Source: Desulfatiglandales bacterium
Lineage (GTDB): Bacteria; Desulfobacterota; DSM-4660; Desulfatiglandales; HGW-15
DNA length: 64,000 nucleotides
Direction of reading: 5' to 3'
NCBI GenBank assembly: GCA_963667015.2
Contig: CAXXJJ010000004.1
Location: forward strand, 3,968,001-4,032,000
Below the pieces are notes generated by a model that saw nothing but the letters and a program-made list of their open reading frames with translations, made no database searches and was not told the origin of the DNA. The position numbers and the translations under genes are program-made. Shown in pieces: positions 18,325 to 29,399 of this stretch. Numbering within the stretch: position 1 is the stretch's first letter; each line of letters begins with the position of its first letter.

Positions 18325-19124
18325 AAAAATATATTTATCTGCCCCTTTTTACCACTTCTTTTTATCTCTACCTTTGTGCCCAGAGATTTTTTCAATCCGT
18401 CAGCCAGAGAATCAATATAATACTCTTCTTCACTTTTTTCCTTTTTAGTGGAGGTCTTTGATTCATCCTTCTTTATAAGGCTTTCCGTCTGCCTTACCGA
18501 TAATTGCTTCTTTACTATTATATCTCTGAACCGCTTCTGCTCACCAGGACTTTTTAATCCGGCAAGAACCCTGGCATGTCCCATTGAGAGGGTTTTATCT
18601 ATTATATCCTTTTGAATACTTAAAGGCAGGTTTAAAAGTCTTAAAAGATTGGTTATAGTTGACCGTTCTTTTCCAACCCTCTGGGCAAGTATTTCCTGTG
18701 TTGTATTGGAATCATCAAGCCATCTCTTATAGGCCTGGGCCTCCTCTATTGGATTCAGATCTCTTCGGTGGATATTTTCTATCAGAGCAAGTTCAAGAGA
18801 TTCTATAGGAGTTGTTTCTTTAACAACAACAGGGACTCTCTCAAGCCCGGCCCTCTGGGCCGCCCTCCATCGTCTTTCTCCTGCAATAAGCTGATATCCG
18901 TCCTTTACCTTGCTCACAAGGATGGGAGTAATAATACCCTTTTCTCTTATTGACCCGACCAGTTCTTCTATTGCCGCTTCCTCAAACTCCTGCCTTGGCT
19001 GCATTGGATTCGGCTCAATAGACTCAATAGGACATTGGAAATATTCTTCTGTTTTTATTTCTTCTTTTTCTGCATCCGGTATAAGCGCGGACAGGCCTTT
19101 GCCCAATGCCTTTCTTTTAACCAT
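18279..19124 (-). CDS. parB: Chromosome partitioning protein ParB
   Basis: ALGKGLSALI, IAGERRWRA, ENIHRRDLNPIEEA. Confidence 0.96.
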   Translation of the reverse strand: MVKRKALGKGLSALIPDAEKEEIKTEEYFQCPIESIEPNPMQPRQEFEEAAIEELVGSIREKGIITPILVSKVKDGYQLIAGERRWRAAQRAGLERVPVVVKETTPIESLELALIENIHRRDLNPIEEAQAYKRWLDDSNTTQEILAQRVGKERSTITNLLRLLNLPLSIQKDIIDKTLSMGHARVLAGLKSPGEQKRFRDIIVKKQLSVRQTESLIKKDESKTSTKKEKSEEEYYIDSLADGLKKSLGTKVEIKRSGKKGQINIFFYSNEELERLLDVLS

Positions 19125-19890
19125 TTTTTATTCTCCGTTTAATAACTTCCTTTGCAAGATTATAGTAACTGGCGGCGCCTTTTGAACGAATATCATAAAG
19201 AATAATGGGTTTACCATAACTGGGAGCCTCACTGAGCCTTACATTCCTTGGAATCACGGTATCGAATACAGTCCCCTGAAAATGCTGCCTCACTTCTTCC
19301 TCAACCTGGGCGGAAAGATTATTTCTTGCATCATACATTGTTAACAGGATACCTACAATCTTAAGCTCAGGATTAAGACTCTTTTTAACCGCCTTTAAGG
19401 TATCAAGCAGCTGGCTTAATCCTTCAAGGGCAAAATATTCACATTGCAATGGGACAAGGACATAATTAGAAGCCGTTATAGCATTAAGAGTAAGAAACCC
19501 AAGAGATGGAGGGCAATCAATAATAATAAAATCATATTTATCCTTAATTTCATCAAGCCTGTTTTTAAGCAGGTATTCTCTGTTTTCCTCAAGATACATC
19601 TCGACTTCAGCACCAACAAGCTCCCTGGTAGCCCCCATAAGGAACAGACCAGGCATTTCTGTTTCTACCGATGCAATATCAATCGATTCAGATCCAAGCA
19701 TGAAATCATAGAGGCCCGCCTTAAGACCTGATTTGCTGAAACCAAGCCCTGTTGTAGCGTTTCCCTGTGGATCTGTGTCTATTATAAGAACTCTTTGTCC
19801 AGCCTTTGCAATAGAAGCGGATAAATTTACAGCAGTTGTTGTTTTTCCAACACCACCCTTTTGATTTGAAATTGTGATAATACTCCCCAT
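19117..19890 (-). CDS. parA: Chromosome partitioning ATPase ParA/Soj
   Basis: NQKGGVGKTTT, DPQGNAT, DCPPSLG, IPRNVRLSEAPS. Confidence 0.96.
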   Translation of the reverse strand: MGSIITISNQKGGVGKTTTAVNLSASIAKAGQRVLIIDTDPQGNATTGLGFSKSGLKAGLYDFMLGSESIDIASVETEMPGLFLMGATRELVGAEVEMYLEENREYLLKNRLDEIKDKYDFIIIDCPPSLGFLTLNAITASNYVLVPLQCEYFALEGLSQLLDTLKAVKKSLNPELKIVGILLTMYDARNNLSAQVEEEVRQHFQGTVFDTVIPRNVRLSEAPSYGKPIILYDIRSKGAASYYNLAKEVIKRRIKNG

Positions 19891-20177
19891 AAACTGTTAT
19901 TCCCCCTGAATAGCGATTATATCTCTAAAATACTGCATTAAAATATCAACTTAATGATAATAATTGAGCGATCCCTGTCTCTAAATAAAAGGATTGCCGG
20001 CATTCTGTTATGGCAGGAAATATTTCTATAATATTCATAATCCAGATAATCGGAATGATGTTGTGCAATATGAAAGATATGCAGATAGCACAACGAACCT
20101 GTTTTGTATAGATTTTTTTCTTTAGCCTTACAAATAATCAGATATATATCTTCATCCCAGGAATGACTGCATGACAA

Positions 20178-20193
20178 TGTTCCACGTGAAACA
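20178..20193. promoter_or_regulatory. parS site 1
   Basis: TGTTCCACGTGAAACA matches the canonical parS. Confidence 0.92.
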
Positions 20194-20224
20194 TTCAAAA
20201 TTTTTTTTGGAAGGAAAATAATAA

Positions 20225-20240
20225 TGTTTCACGTGGAACA
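20225..20240. promoter_or_regulatory. parS site 2
   Basis: TGTTTCACGTGGAACA matches the canonical parS. Confidence 0.92.
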
Positions 20241-21429
20241 TGCGTTAAATATACACACAGGGAAAATATTCATCCCTTTAGATCATTTTCATAAAAACAG
20301 AAATTTATCATTAGGTAAAACCATAATACATGGATTTCCTATTATTAAATTGTACAACCACCTTTACGACTGCATATCTCTTTTTGTTTTTTAAAATATC
20401 TGTAATATATTTTCTATTTTTTATAAATTTTAAAAAAGCAAGCAAAATATTACTTTTCTGAAAATAAAATTGCCCCAGAAAGTCGATAATCACGATATTT
20501 GGCGTTTTTTATGCTTGTGAACTTTTTCATATGTAATACACAAATTCAAAACCCAACATCTTGTGATATCAGTTTTCAAATAAGAAGATATTGCTTTTTT
20601 CAATATACCTTCGTGTGAAAATAAGAATCCCCTGAAATAATTATTTTTTGTATCGCTCCCCTTTGGTAACCCTTAAACCAGACGAGTCCCTACAAGAACG
20701 TAAAATATCCACAACATTCCATTGCTCAATAGCCTTACACAGAATTACCTTTGTAAGCACTGATCCAGCACAACAATTTGTTATATAGCTGTTTTTTTAC
20801 GGTTTTTCATTTTTATAAAAAAAGATTGATGGAAAACATAAGCATAATAAAATCCTATTATCATTTAATAAAGCCTAATGAGATTTAATTTTTTTCACAT
20901 TATAAAGTCATAATAAAATATTTTTTTCTTTTTTCTTTTTCAAAAACCAGAAGATAAAAAACTTCCTGTTTAACAAAAACTGTAACCCATTGACATATAG
21001 ATGAATATTTAACCTGGCCACAATATATTAAATAAATTCGCATCACCCTTAAAACTTTATATCTATTTTTTTTCTTAATATTGGAGTTATTGGTTGTTTT
21101 TTAGAGCTTTTTAGAGTTTTTATTAGTTTCCATGTTGTTGATTATTTTATTAACATTAATCTAATTTAAGGGAAGTTTCTGAATTCAATAAAAAAAACCC
21201 TGTTTACCATATATCCAGAGCAGGACCTGCTTTACAGGCCATAATATTTTTTTATCCATTTATTCAGGCGGTTACATTTTGTCAAAAGTGATTCTGGTAA
21301 CAGACCAATCTCCCATGACATTCCTTTTGACAGTTTTCTCTGTTTATACGATAAATGCCCCCTGTCTTGATCATCACGTCTACTTTTTTAGCAGATTAAA
21401 TATAAAGTATCTTTTTTTTGGAGCTGAGC

Positions 21430-22776
21430 ATGAGTTTGTTGTGGGATGAATTGAAGAAACATATTAGAGATCAACTTTCTGAAAAAAGCTATTCCCTCTG
21501 GATCAATCCTTTATCTTTAGTTGATGAAAAGGAAGATACCCTGGTTCTTGGGTGTCCCAATAAGTTTTCCATGAACTGGATAGTTGATCATTACCGCGAC
21601 ATGCTGGAAAGCAGCCTTAAAAACATGGGCAAAGAACACCAGGTATTTTTTAAAGTCGCTACCCAGGCAAGGAAAAAGATAGAACCCGACATGTTCCAAA
21701 GCACCCCACAGTTAAACCTCCCTAATGTTTCTCCAAGAAAACCCAAAGGCAAATTTAATTTTAACAGGGAGTTTACCTTTGACCGCTTTGTCGTTGGCTC
21801 ATGTAATGAATTTGCCTATTCCGCTTCAAGGGCGATTGCCTCAGGAGGCGGATGTTCCTATGACTCTCTTTTTATGAGGGCTAATACCGGTCTTGGCAAG
21901 AGTCACCTTTCACAGTCTATTGGACATATGCTTCTTGAAAACAATCCTGATGTCAGGGCTTACTACATCACTGCAGAAGATTTTGTTAATGAAATGATTT
22001 CAGCATTGAAGACAAACAGAATTGAGGACTTTAAAAATAAGTACAGGCGTTCATGTGATGTCCTTATGCTTGAGGAGATTCACTTTTTAAGCGGTAAGGA
22101 GAAAATACAGACAGAGCTCGGCTATACCCTTGATGCCCTGGCAAATGATAATAAAAAGCTGATTTTTACCAGCTCCATGCTGCCCAAGGATATACCAAAC
22201 ATGTCAAAGGAGTTGTCATCAAGACTTACGTCCGGTCTTATCACGACCCTTGAAAAACCTGACTATAATACCCGTTTAAATATAATAGAAAAAAAGGCAT
22301 CTGAACATAATCTGGTGCTTACTGAAGAGATCGTTCATCTTTTTGCCGAAAAACTTACCAAAGACATCAGGCAGATAGAGAGTGCGTTACGATGCTTCAA
22401 GGCAAAGGCGGATTTAATGAAGGCAAAAACAGATATAAATCTTGCCAAAGAAGTTCTGAAATATCATATAACCGATCCAAGCACTATCTCCCTGGACAGC
22501 ATTGGGAAGCTGATCTGTAAATACTACAAAATAGAGTCATCTGTGCTTCCATCCAAGTCCAGAAAAAAAATACATACATTTCCAAGAAACATGTATGTAT
22601 ACCTTTCCCGTAACTATTCTGATGCAACTCTTGAAGAAATCGGAAAATCCATAAACAGAAACCACTCTACGGTTATTTACTCATCAGAGGTTATTGAGAA
22701 AAAAATAAAACAGGATAAAAAGATTAAAAACCAGGTGGATTTCTTAAGCCAGAAGATCAAGGATACAGGATGTTGA
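21430..22776 (+). CDS. dnaA: Chromosomal replication initiator DnaA, paralogue 1
   Basis: FTFDRFVVGSCN, GLGKSHL, SRLTSGL, RNHSTV; ATG 21430 after GGAG (alternative TTG 21418). Confidence 0.92.
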   Translation: MSLLWDELKKHIRDQLSEKSYSLWINPLSLVDEKEDTLVLGCPNKFSMNWIVDHYRDMLESSLKNMGKEHQVFFKVATQARKKIEPDMFQSTPQLNLPNVSPRKPKGKFNFNREFTFDRFVVGSCNEFAYSASRAIASGGGCSYDSLFMRANTGLGKSHLSQSIGHMLLENNPDVRAYYITAEDFVNEMISALKTNRIEDFKNKYRRSCDVLMLEEIHFLSGKEKIQTELGYTLDALANDNKKLIFTSSMLPKDIPNMSKELSSRLTSGLITTLEKPDYNTRLNIIEKKASEHNLVLTEEIVHLFAEKLTKDIRQIESALRCFKAKADLMKAKTDINLAKEVLKYHITDPSTISLDSIGKLICKYYKIESSVLPSKSRKKIHTFPRNMYVYLSRNYSDATLEEIGKSINRNHSTVIYSSEVIEKKIKQDKKIKNQVDFLSQKIKDTGC

Positions 22777-22861
22777 TCGTATACAAACAGACATCCTACC
22801 CCGCCGACAATGCAGTAATCCTTAAGCCTGTAATTTTAACAACGGTTTTCCTCAAAAAAAC

Positions 22862-23065
22862 CTACCCTTTGCCGGTCGTATCTTTCGAATAAAAAACCCT
22901 TAAAAATTCCTCATCCTTTGGTGACAAATTATATCTGGCTGCTGCCTCGCATATCAGCAGTCCTATTTTTTTTCTGTCCTGACCCTCTTTGCATTCACCC
23001 GATATCCATTTTACAGCATTACGAACCGCTTCACCTTCAGGCATTATCTGAGCCACTTTTTTCAC
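22862..23065 (-). CDS. Small hypothetical protein
   Basis: RBS GGAGG; PEGEAVRNAVKWIS...YNLSPKDEEFL looks like a genuine protein. Confidence 0.65.
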   Translation of the reverse strand: MKKVAQIMPEGEAVRNAVKWISGECKEGQDRKKIGLLICEAAARYNLSPKDEEFLRVFYSKDTTGKG

Positions 23066-23162
23066 CTCCTTGATTTTATATTAATATTCAACAGCTTCTT
23101 TAATGTGTCAACATCCAGTTTCGCGTCATTTAAAAAAAAGTCAAAATCATCAAACAGAAAAT

Positions 23163-23201
23163 CTAACCCGGGAAGAACAAAATTCTAATACGTGTCTAAT
23201 A
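23163..23201 (+). promoter_or_regulatory. Putative PhoB-binding 11-bp direct repeats
   Basis: CTAACC 23163, CTAATA 23185, CTAATA 23196 in 11-bp register. Confidence 0.6.
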
Positions 23202-23246
23202 TTTACGATCTATTATATTCATACATAATAAAGGAAAAACGTTAAT

Positions 23247-23780
23247 ATGAGTATTATTCAGAATGTAAACCATATTGATACTGTCTATTTAAACAAAATT
23301 TTTAATCTTGATGGAAAAAGATTTTTTGCCACGATTTTGCCCATAATATCCCACAGTGCCAACGGGTATTATTATCCCTTAATTCCTACTGTTTTAATCT
23401 TCATTGATCCTGCATTGGCTATTTCATTTTTTATCTCTGCATTGATTGCCTTTTCTATAGAACTTCCCTCATACAAGATTATTAAACGATGTGTAAAGAG
23501 ATATAGACCCTATGAAACTCATGAAGGGATAAAAAACAGAATCCTGCCCAGCGACCGGTTCAGCCTGCCTTCCGGTCACACTGCAGCAGCATGGGTAGTT
23601 GCAATACTTCTAGGCCTGCATATTCCATTTTTAGCTGTTCCCCTGGCGGCCTGGGCAATTCTGGTAGGGGTTTCCAGAATTTATCTTGGGGTTCATTATC
23701 CCACCGATGTTCTTGCGGGATTTATACTCGGTTCCGTCAGCGCATCATTATCATTATTGTTAAAGGGTGCGTTTATTTAG
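23247..23780 (+). CDS. PAP2-family phosphatase
   Basis: KxxxxRxRP, PSGH and [12 protein letters not shown] motifs. Confidence 0.92.
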   Translation: MSIIQNVNHIDTVYLNKIFNLDGKRFFATILPIISHSANGYYYPLIPTVLIFIDPALAISFFISALIAFSIELPSYKIIKRCVKRYRPYETHEGIKNRILPSDRFSLPSGHTAAAWVVAILLGLHIPFLAVPLAAWAILVGVSRIYLGVHYPTDVLAGFILGSVSASLSLLLKGAFI

Positions 23781-24815
23781 ATGAATATATTATACGGCGT
23801 ACAGACAACAGGCAACGGTCACATCAGCCGCTCCAGGGAAATCATACGCTGCCTTAAAGAAAAGGGAAATAATGTATTTGTAATTCTAAGCGGAAGAGAC
23901 CCGTCTTTACTATGGGACATTGATGAACTGAAACCCTATGAAACTTTAAAGGGTCTCACCTTTTCCACATATAAAGGCAGGATCAAATATTTTGAGACAA
24001 TATTTAACCTTAAATTCAAACAGTTTTTTTCAGATATCGCATCATTCGATGCTTCAGAATATGACATTGTCATTACGGATTTTGAACCGGTAACATCCAG
24101 AATAGCCGCAAGAAATAAAATTCCTTCAATCGGTATCGGTCATCAGTATGCCTTTTATAACAATATTCCCACAGAAGGTGCGAATCCTGTTGCCCGATTT
24201 ATTATCAGGAACTTTGCCTCGGTGGATTTCCCGATTGGTCTTCACTGGCACCATTTTAATCAACCCATACTTCCACCTGTTGTACCTATGTTTGATACAG
24301 GCCGTCTATCAGTGAAGGACAATAAAATTCTTGTATACCTTCCTTTTGAAGAACCGGAAGATATCATGAGGCTTTTAGCTCCATTTAATAATTATGAGTT
24401 TTTCGTCTATCATAAATTTGAAAACCCATCTACCAAAGGAAATATCCATCTTTGTCCTTTTTCCAGAAAAGGTTTCCTAAATGACCTCAAAGAATGCAGC
24501 GGTGTTGTAACCAATGCAGGTTTTGAACTGGTAAGTGAGGCACTGGCCATTGGAAAAAAGATTTTGCTAAAGCCGCTTTCAGGCCAGATGGAGCAGCTTT
24601 CAAATGCCAGGGCCATTAAAATGCTTAATCTCGGATCAGTAATGAAAAAACTCGATATATCCAGCCTGGAAGGTTTTCTTATGAAATCCCCTGCATCACA
24701 AATCAGATACCCATATGTCGCACAAATAATAGCTGATGCAGTCAGCAACGGGGACTGGGGCAATATGGAAAAAACTATCAGCAGTTCCTGGGCGGATGTA
24801 AATATTACCTACTGA
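23781..24815 (+). CDS. MJ1255/VC2487-type glycosyltransferase
   Basis: MNILYGVQTTGNGHISR, TDFEP, NAGFELVSEAL, QMEQLSNA. Confidence 0.88.
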   Translation: MNILYGVQTTGNGHISRSREIIRCLKEKGNNVFVILSGRDPSLLWDIDELKPYETLKGLTFSTYKGRIKYFETIFNLKFKQFFSDIASFDASEYDIVITDFEPVTSRIAARNKIPSIGIGHQYAFYNNIPTEGANPVARFIIRNFASVDFPIGLHWHHFNQPILPPVVPMFDTGRLSVKDNKILVYLPFEEPEDIMRLLAPFNNYEFFVYHKFENPSTKGNIHLCPFSRKGFLNDLKECSGVVTNAGFELVSEALAIGKKILLKPLSGQMEQLSNARAIKMLNLGSVMKKLDISSLEGFLMKSPASQIRYPYVAQIIADAVSNGDWGNMEKTISSSWADVNITY

Positions 24816-24930
24816 TTAGAATCCATGTAATATTTCCAGTTATCGAGGCAGGCTGATTCAAAGGACCTGTTTTCAACATAAGCCCTTGCATTCCGTCTCA
24901 TAACCTTCATGAGGTTATAATCCCTGCTTA

Positions 24931-26840
24931 GGGATGACTCAAAAATAAATTAACAGATTAAAGATGAACTATACCATAAAGCTTGAAAGCGTCTGACATG
25001 GCGATAGATATATTACATTGTAATATTAGCAGGTTAAATATTGACAGGATTGAAAATAATTTGATATAGTTCCCCCTATTATCAATTTAATAGGGGGAAC
25101 TATATCAAATGTACGCTCAAAAACCTCGGTTAAACGAAGCCTTGGAATTCTTTAAAAGCAATAAAATCGGAAGGTTAGACAATCTAAAACATGCACTTCA
25201 TACCAATAGTACAATGACTGTTTTTCGATCACTCAAAGAGCTTAACTATCTTTCAAGTTATTCTCACAGGGGAAAGTACTACACCTTGCAGAACATTCCA
25301 AAATTTGATGAACTTGGTTTATGGTCCTTTCAATCGGTGTGGTTTTCCCAATATGGCAATCTCGTTGAAACGGCAAAAGAGTTTGTGGAAAACTCAAACG
25401 CCGGCTATACAACTCACGAACTTGAAGATATCCTTCATGTTGAAACCAAACACCCCCTTCTGAGTCTTTATAAGCAAGGACGAATCAACCGAGAGAAATT
25501 CGGGGGATACTATGTGTATCTTTCCAGTGAAGTGCATGATAAAAAAAGGCAGATTGCAGTTCGTAAAACAGGCGCTGAAAAATTTGAGGTTGACCTCTCA
25601 TATGAAATTAAACTGCTCTCTGAGGAGCTGAAAGCAGCGATAATATTGTTTTTCAGTCTATTAGATGAAAAGCAGCGACGACTGTATGCTGGTTTGGAAT
25701 CCTATAAATTGGGACATGGCGGAGATAACCAAATCGCAAAATTATTGGGATTGGATGTTCATACTGTTTCCAAAGGGCGTAGAGAATTATTCAGCCAGGA
25801 TATAAAAGTCGATCGTATCCGCGAGAAAGGAGCCGGCAGAAAACCTGTGGAAAAAAAATTCCGCAGGTCACCGAAAGGATAAGAAAGCTTTTGAAATACG
25901 AAACAGCAGGCCATCCAATAAGCGGACTGAAGTGGACACGAAAAACCACGGAAAAAATATCCAGTGAACTGGAGTCTATTGGAATTATTGTTTCCGCAAA
26001 TACAGTATGCAGGCTTTTAAAACAAATGGGCTTTTCCTTGAAAGTGAATTGTAAAAAAATAGAATCCGGGATAAGCAATCCGCCGGACCCGAAAAAAAGA
26101 GACCAGCAATTTGGCTATATTGCCGATTTACGCGAAAAATTTACGAAACGACAACTTCCTGTTATCAGTGTTGATACCAAGAAAAAAGAGTTGATTGGGA
26201 ACTTTAAAAACTGGGGAGATTCCTGGCAGGAATCTCCCATTGAAGTTAAAGATCATGACTTCCCTAGTGATGCCAAAGGGAAAGCTATTCCATACGGTAT
26301 CTATGATACACAAAAAAATATCGGTACAGTTTTTCTGGGTGTTACACGGGATACGCCCTCTTTTGCTGTTGATTCCATTGAGACCTGGTGGAAGACCGAA
26401 GGGAAAGCCAATTATCCGGATGTCAAAGAGCTGCTTATACTGGCTGATTCGGGCGGTAGCAACAGCTGCCGATCACGGGTGTGGAAATATAAAATCCAAA
26501 AAAATATTTGTAACCGGTATGGATTATCCATCAGAGTCAGCCACTATCCTCCCGGTTCGTCAAAATGGAACCCTATCGAACATAGACTGTTTTCAGAGGT
26601 CAGCAAAAACTGGGCTGGACGTCCGCTTGATTCGTATGAGACTGTGCTAAAATATATCCGTACTACAAAAACATCTACAGGCCTCAAGGTGAAAGCACAT
26701 TTTGTCAGAAAAAATTATAAAACAGGAGAGAAAGTTTCTAACAAACAAATGGATCAAATAGCCATCAAAAATGGCCTATTACCTGAGTGGAATTATATTT
26801 TACATCCAACTAAAATGTGATTTTATTTTTGAGTCATCCC
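24931..26840 (+). mobile_element. ISAzo13-family insertion sequence (1910 bp)
   Basis: Perfect 19-bp terminal IR GGGATGACTCAAAAATAAA; 3-bp TTA target duplication at 24928-24930 and 26841-26843. Confidence 0.95.
25109..26820 (+). CDS. ISAzo13 transposase in two frames (25109-25882 and 25891-26820), probable -1 frameshift at A8 25851-25858
   Basis: ISVDTKKKELIGNF, ADSGGSN, HYPPGSSKWNPIEHRLF; GAGRKPVEKK continues as IPQV...ETAGHP in the -1 frame. Confidence 0.9.
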
Positions 26841-29343
26841 TTAGTTCCTGAATCTCTGATACCACATTTTGCAAATCCTTTGTATTAAAAACAATTCCCG
26901 TCTGCCGCGGCAGCATGTTTTCCTTTGGTCCCCCAATATCTGTTACAAAAACAGGAAGGCCTGATGCCTGAGCCTCAAGTACGGCAGTTCCAAAAGTATC
27001 GGTCTCTGATGGAAAAATAAAGAGATCGCTTGAGGCATAGGCCTGTGAAAGATCTTCACCTTTTAAGTATCCTGTAAATGTTACAGGATAACCAAGGAGA
27101 GATGTTTTCATTTCCTTTAAAAACGGCCCTTCTCCAACAATGACCAGGTGATAGTTTCCACCCTTCTTTATCAGCTCCTTAAATATTGATACAAGAAGGT
27201 CAATATTTTTTTCCTTAGATATTCTCCCAACATAGATAAGTTTAAAGGCGTTATCATTCAAATGATATTTTTTAAAAAACCCGTTTCTTTTTGCGGGATG
27301 GAATTTTTCTGTATCAATGCCCCTTGGATAGAATTCTATTTTATCTTTTTTTATGCCTTTATTCTCAAGCTCTTCACCCGTTGACTTTGATGGTACCAGC
27401 ACCTTGTCGGTTTGATTATAGTACCATACAACATATCTCCACATAAGTTCTTCGATTCCCTGATCATCCGTCAGCTTGTGAGCATATTGGGGAAATGCCG
27501 TATGATAGGTACTGTAATGGGGAATTTTCAGTATTTTTGAGATAAGCATCGCAGCCAGTCCCATAGGTCCAGGGGTTGCGCTATGGATATGTGTAAATTT
27601 CTGTTCGTAGCAGTAATCAAGCATGGTGAGTATGGGCGGATAGTACAGCTTTAATTCAGGGTATTCAGGTAATTCAAACTCACCTGTAGGTTCAAAATTT
27701 TTTACATTATCCATACCTGAATCAGGACCGCAGGTTATCATTGTAAGATTCTTACCATGGGTTTTTGCTACATTCAACTGCATGCGCAATGTTCCTGCAA
27801 CACCGTTTATTTCATTAAATGTATCTGTAAAATGGGCAATTTTACATTGATTTTCTTTGTCATGTTGATCATCAATTTTTACATGCCTCATATAATCGCG
27901 ACAAAATTTTCTGTCCTTTGTAAATATTCCATAGGAAAGAAAAAACGGAGCGAGCATTGTATATAAAGACCCTGCGGAACCTATTGTGCTGAATATATCA
28001 AAGAGGTTTGCGCCAGAGGCATTTTCCAGTATCGAATTCGCTGACTGTTTTAACAGTTTTTCAGATATTCCATTTACAAAATCAAACCATAGGTTATCTA
28101 TTTCATCGTCACTGCCCTCTCGTTTTTTTACAACCCTCATCATTTCCCGGTTTTTCTTTATCACCTCTCTTGCCTCGGAAAGAATCAGATCCTTAAAAGA
28201 TTCGCCTCTTGATTTATATAGATAATCAGGCCTCTGATACCCGATATATCCTCTCAGTTTTTTATATATAGATTCATTGCTGCAATCATTTGTGAGTGTC
28301 TTTTCTGCAAAACGAAGGAGCATTTCATCGTTTGAATACTTATCAAGATCAAATTTTGATTTATAGAACTGATAGGCAATACTGTATAGATTCCTGGCAA
28401 ATGTTTTTGGTGTTGAGGCACAGCTTCTTGGAATACTGCAGCCCGATTTAACCCTGGCAAGAAAATCTCTTACACCTGTAACCGATTTTACCTCTGTATA
28501 AGTCCTTGCTATATTCAAGGATGAATGATCATCAGATCCTCCAATGATACCCTTTTTCCATGGTATAAGGCCCACGGGCTTAATATCGTATTTATTGCAG
28601 AAATCATCGATTCTTTCTTTATTCAGCCCTTCAAGAATAATCCTCAGGGCGTTATTCTGATAAGCATCACGTGTTCCGTTCATTTCAAATACTGTAAAAA
28701 GCAGCAGGAGCTGCTCAAATCTTTCGAATGTAAGCCTGTCATTCAGTGAAAATGTAGGGTGCGCAAGGGCATGGGCAATAGAGGCACAATTAAGATATTC
28801 TACAAGTTCATATATATTTTCTCTGCACCTTGAAATATCTTCATGATTTTTTTCAGTTATGTCCCAGGCAAGAACATGTATCTTGCACCGGTCTTCAGGA
28901 AAATAGGTTGTAATCTCTTCACTTATAAAGGTGTTCGCAAGATGGGCTATTTCAAGACTCCCTTCAATTGTATTATGATCGGAAATCGTAACCAGGTCCA
29001 TGCCCCTTTCTACTGCCTTTTTATAGAGTTCCGTTGGCGCTGTATAACTCTCGGCACAACCCAGCTTCTGTAATATCCACTCTGACGGCCTTACCGAATA
29101 TCTGGAATGAACATGTAAATCCGCTTTTAAGGTTTTTTTAATCATTTTTTCTCCATCATAAAACTAATTTTAAACAAAATCGATATTTGTACCCATTCAA
29201 TCAACTCATGTATGGACATCGATCCGTGTTATTAAATACATGCTAATCATGTACCATAAAGATTTAATAATAATTAAATAATGAAGAGGTTTCGATTAGG
29301 TTCAGGTAATGATTTTGTGAGCACAGACGTTTAGAAAGGACAT

Positions 29344-29378
29344 AAAAAAATGGTGATGGCTGCAGCAGCCATCACCAT
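29344..29378 (-). terminator. Rho-independent terminator of the porin gene
   Basis: ATGGTGATGGCTG/CAGCCATCACCAT hairpin followed by a T-run on the minus strand. Confidence 0.75.
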
Positions 29379-29399
29379 ACCAATCGGGAAAAAAGAGTG

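Larger units (their letters stand above)
24809..29145 (-). pseudogene. PHP-phosphoesterase + GT4 glycosyltransferase fusion, interrupted near its C-terminus by ISAzo13
   Basis: DLHVHS, ISDHNT, GGSDDH; YVGRISKEKN, EAQASGLPV; removing the IS restores ...ELSRDYNLMKVMRRNARAYVENRSFE...SNQ* with stop at 24809. Confidence 0.9.

Noticed and set aside
19938..20493. Short ORFs in the parA-dnaA gap
   Set aside because: They overlap parS sites or AT-rich DNA and have no RBS or protein-like features
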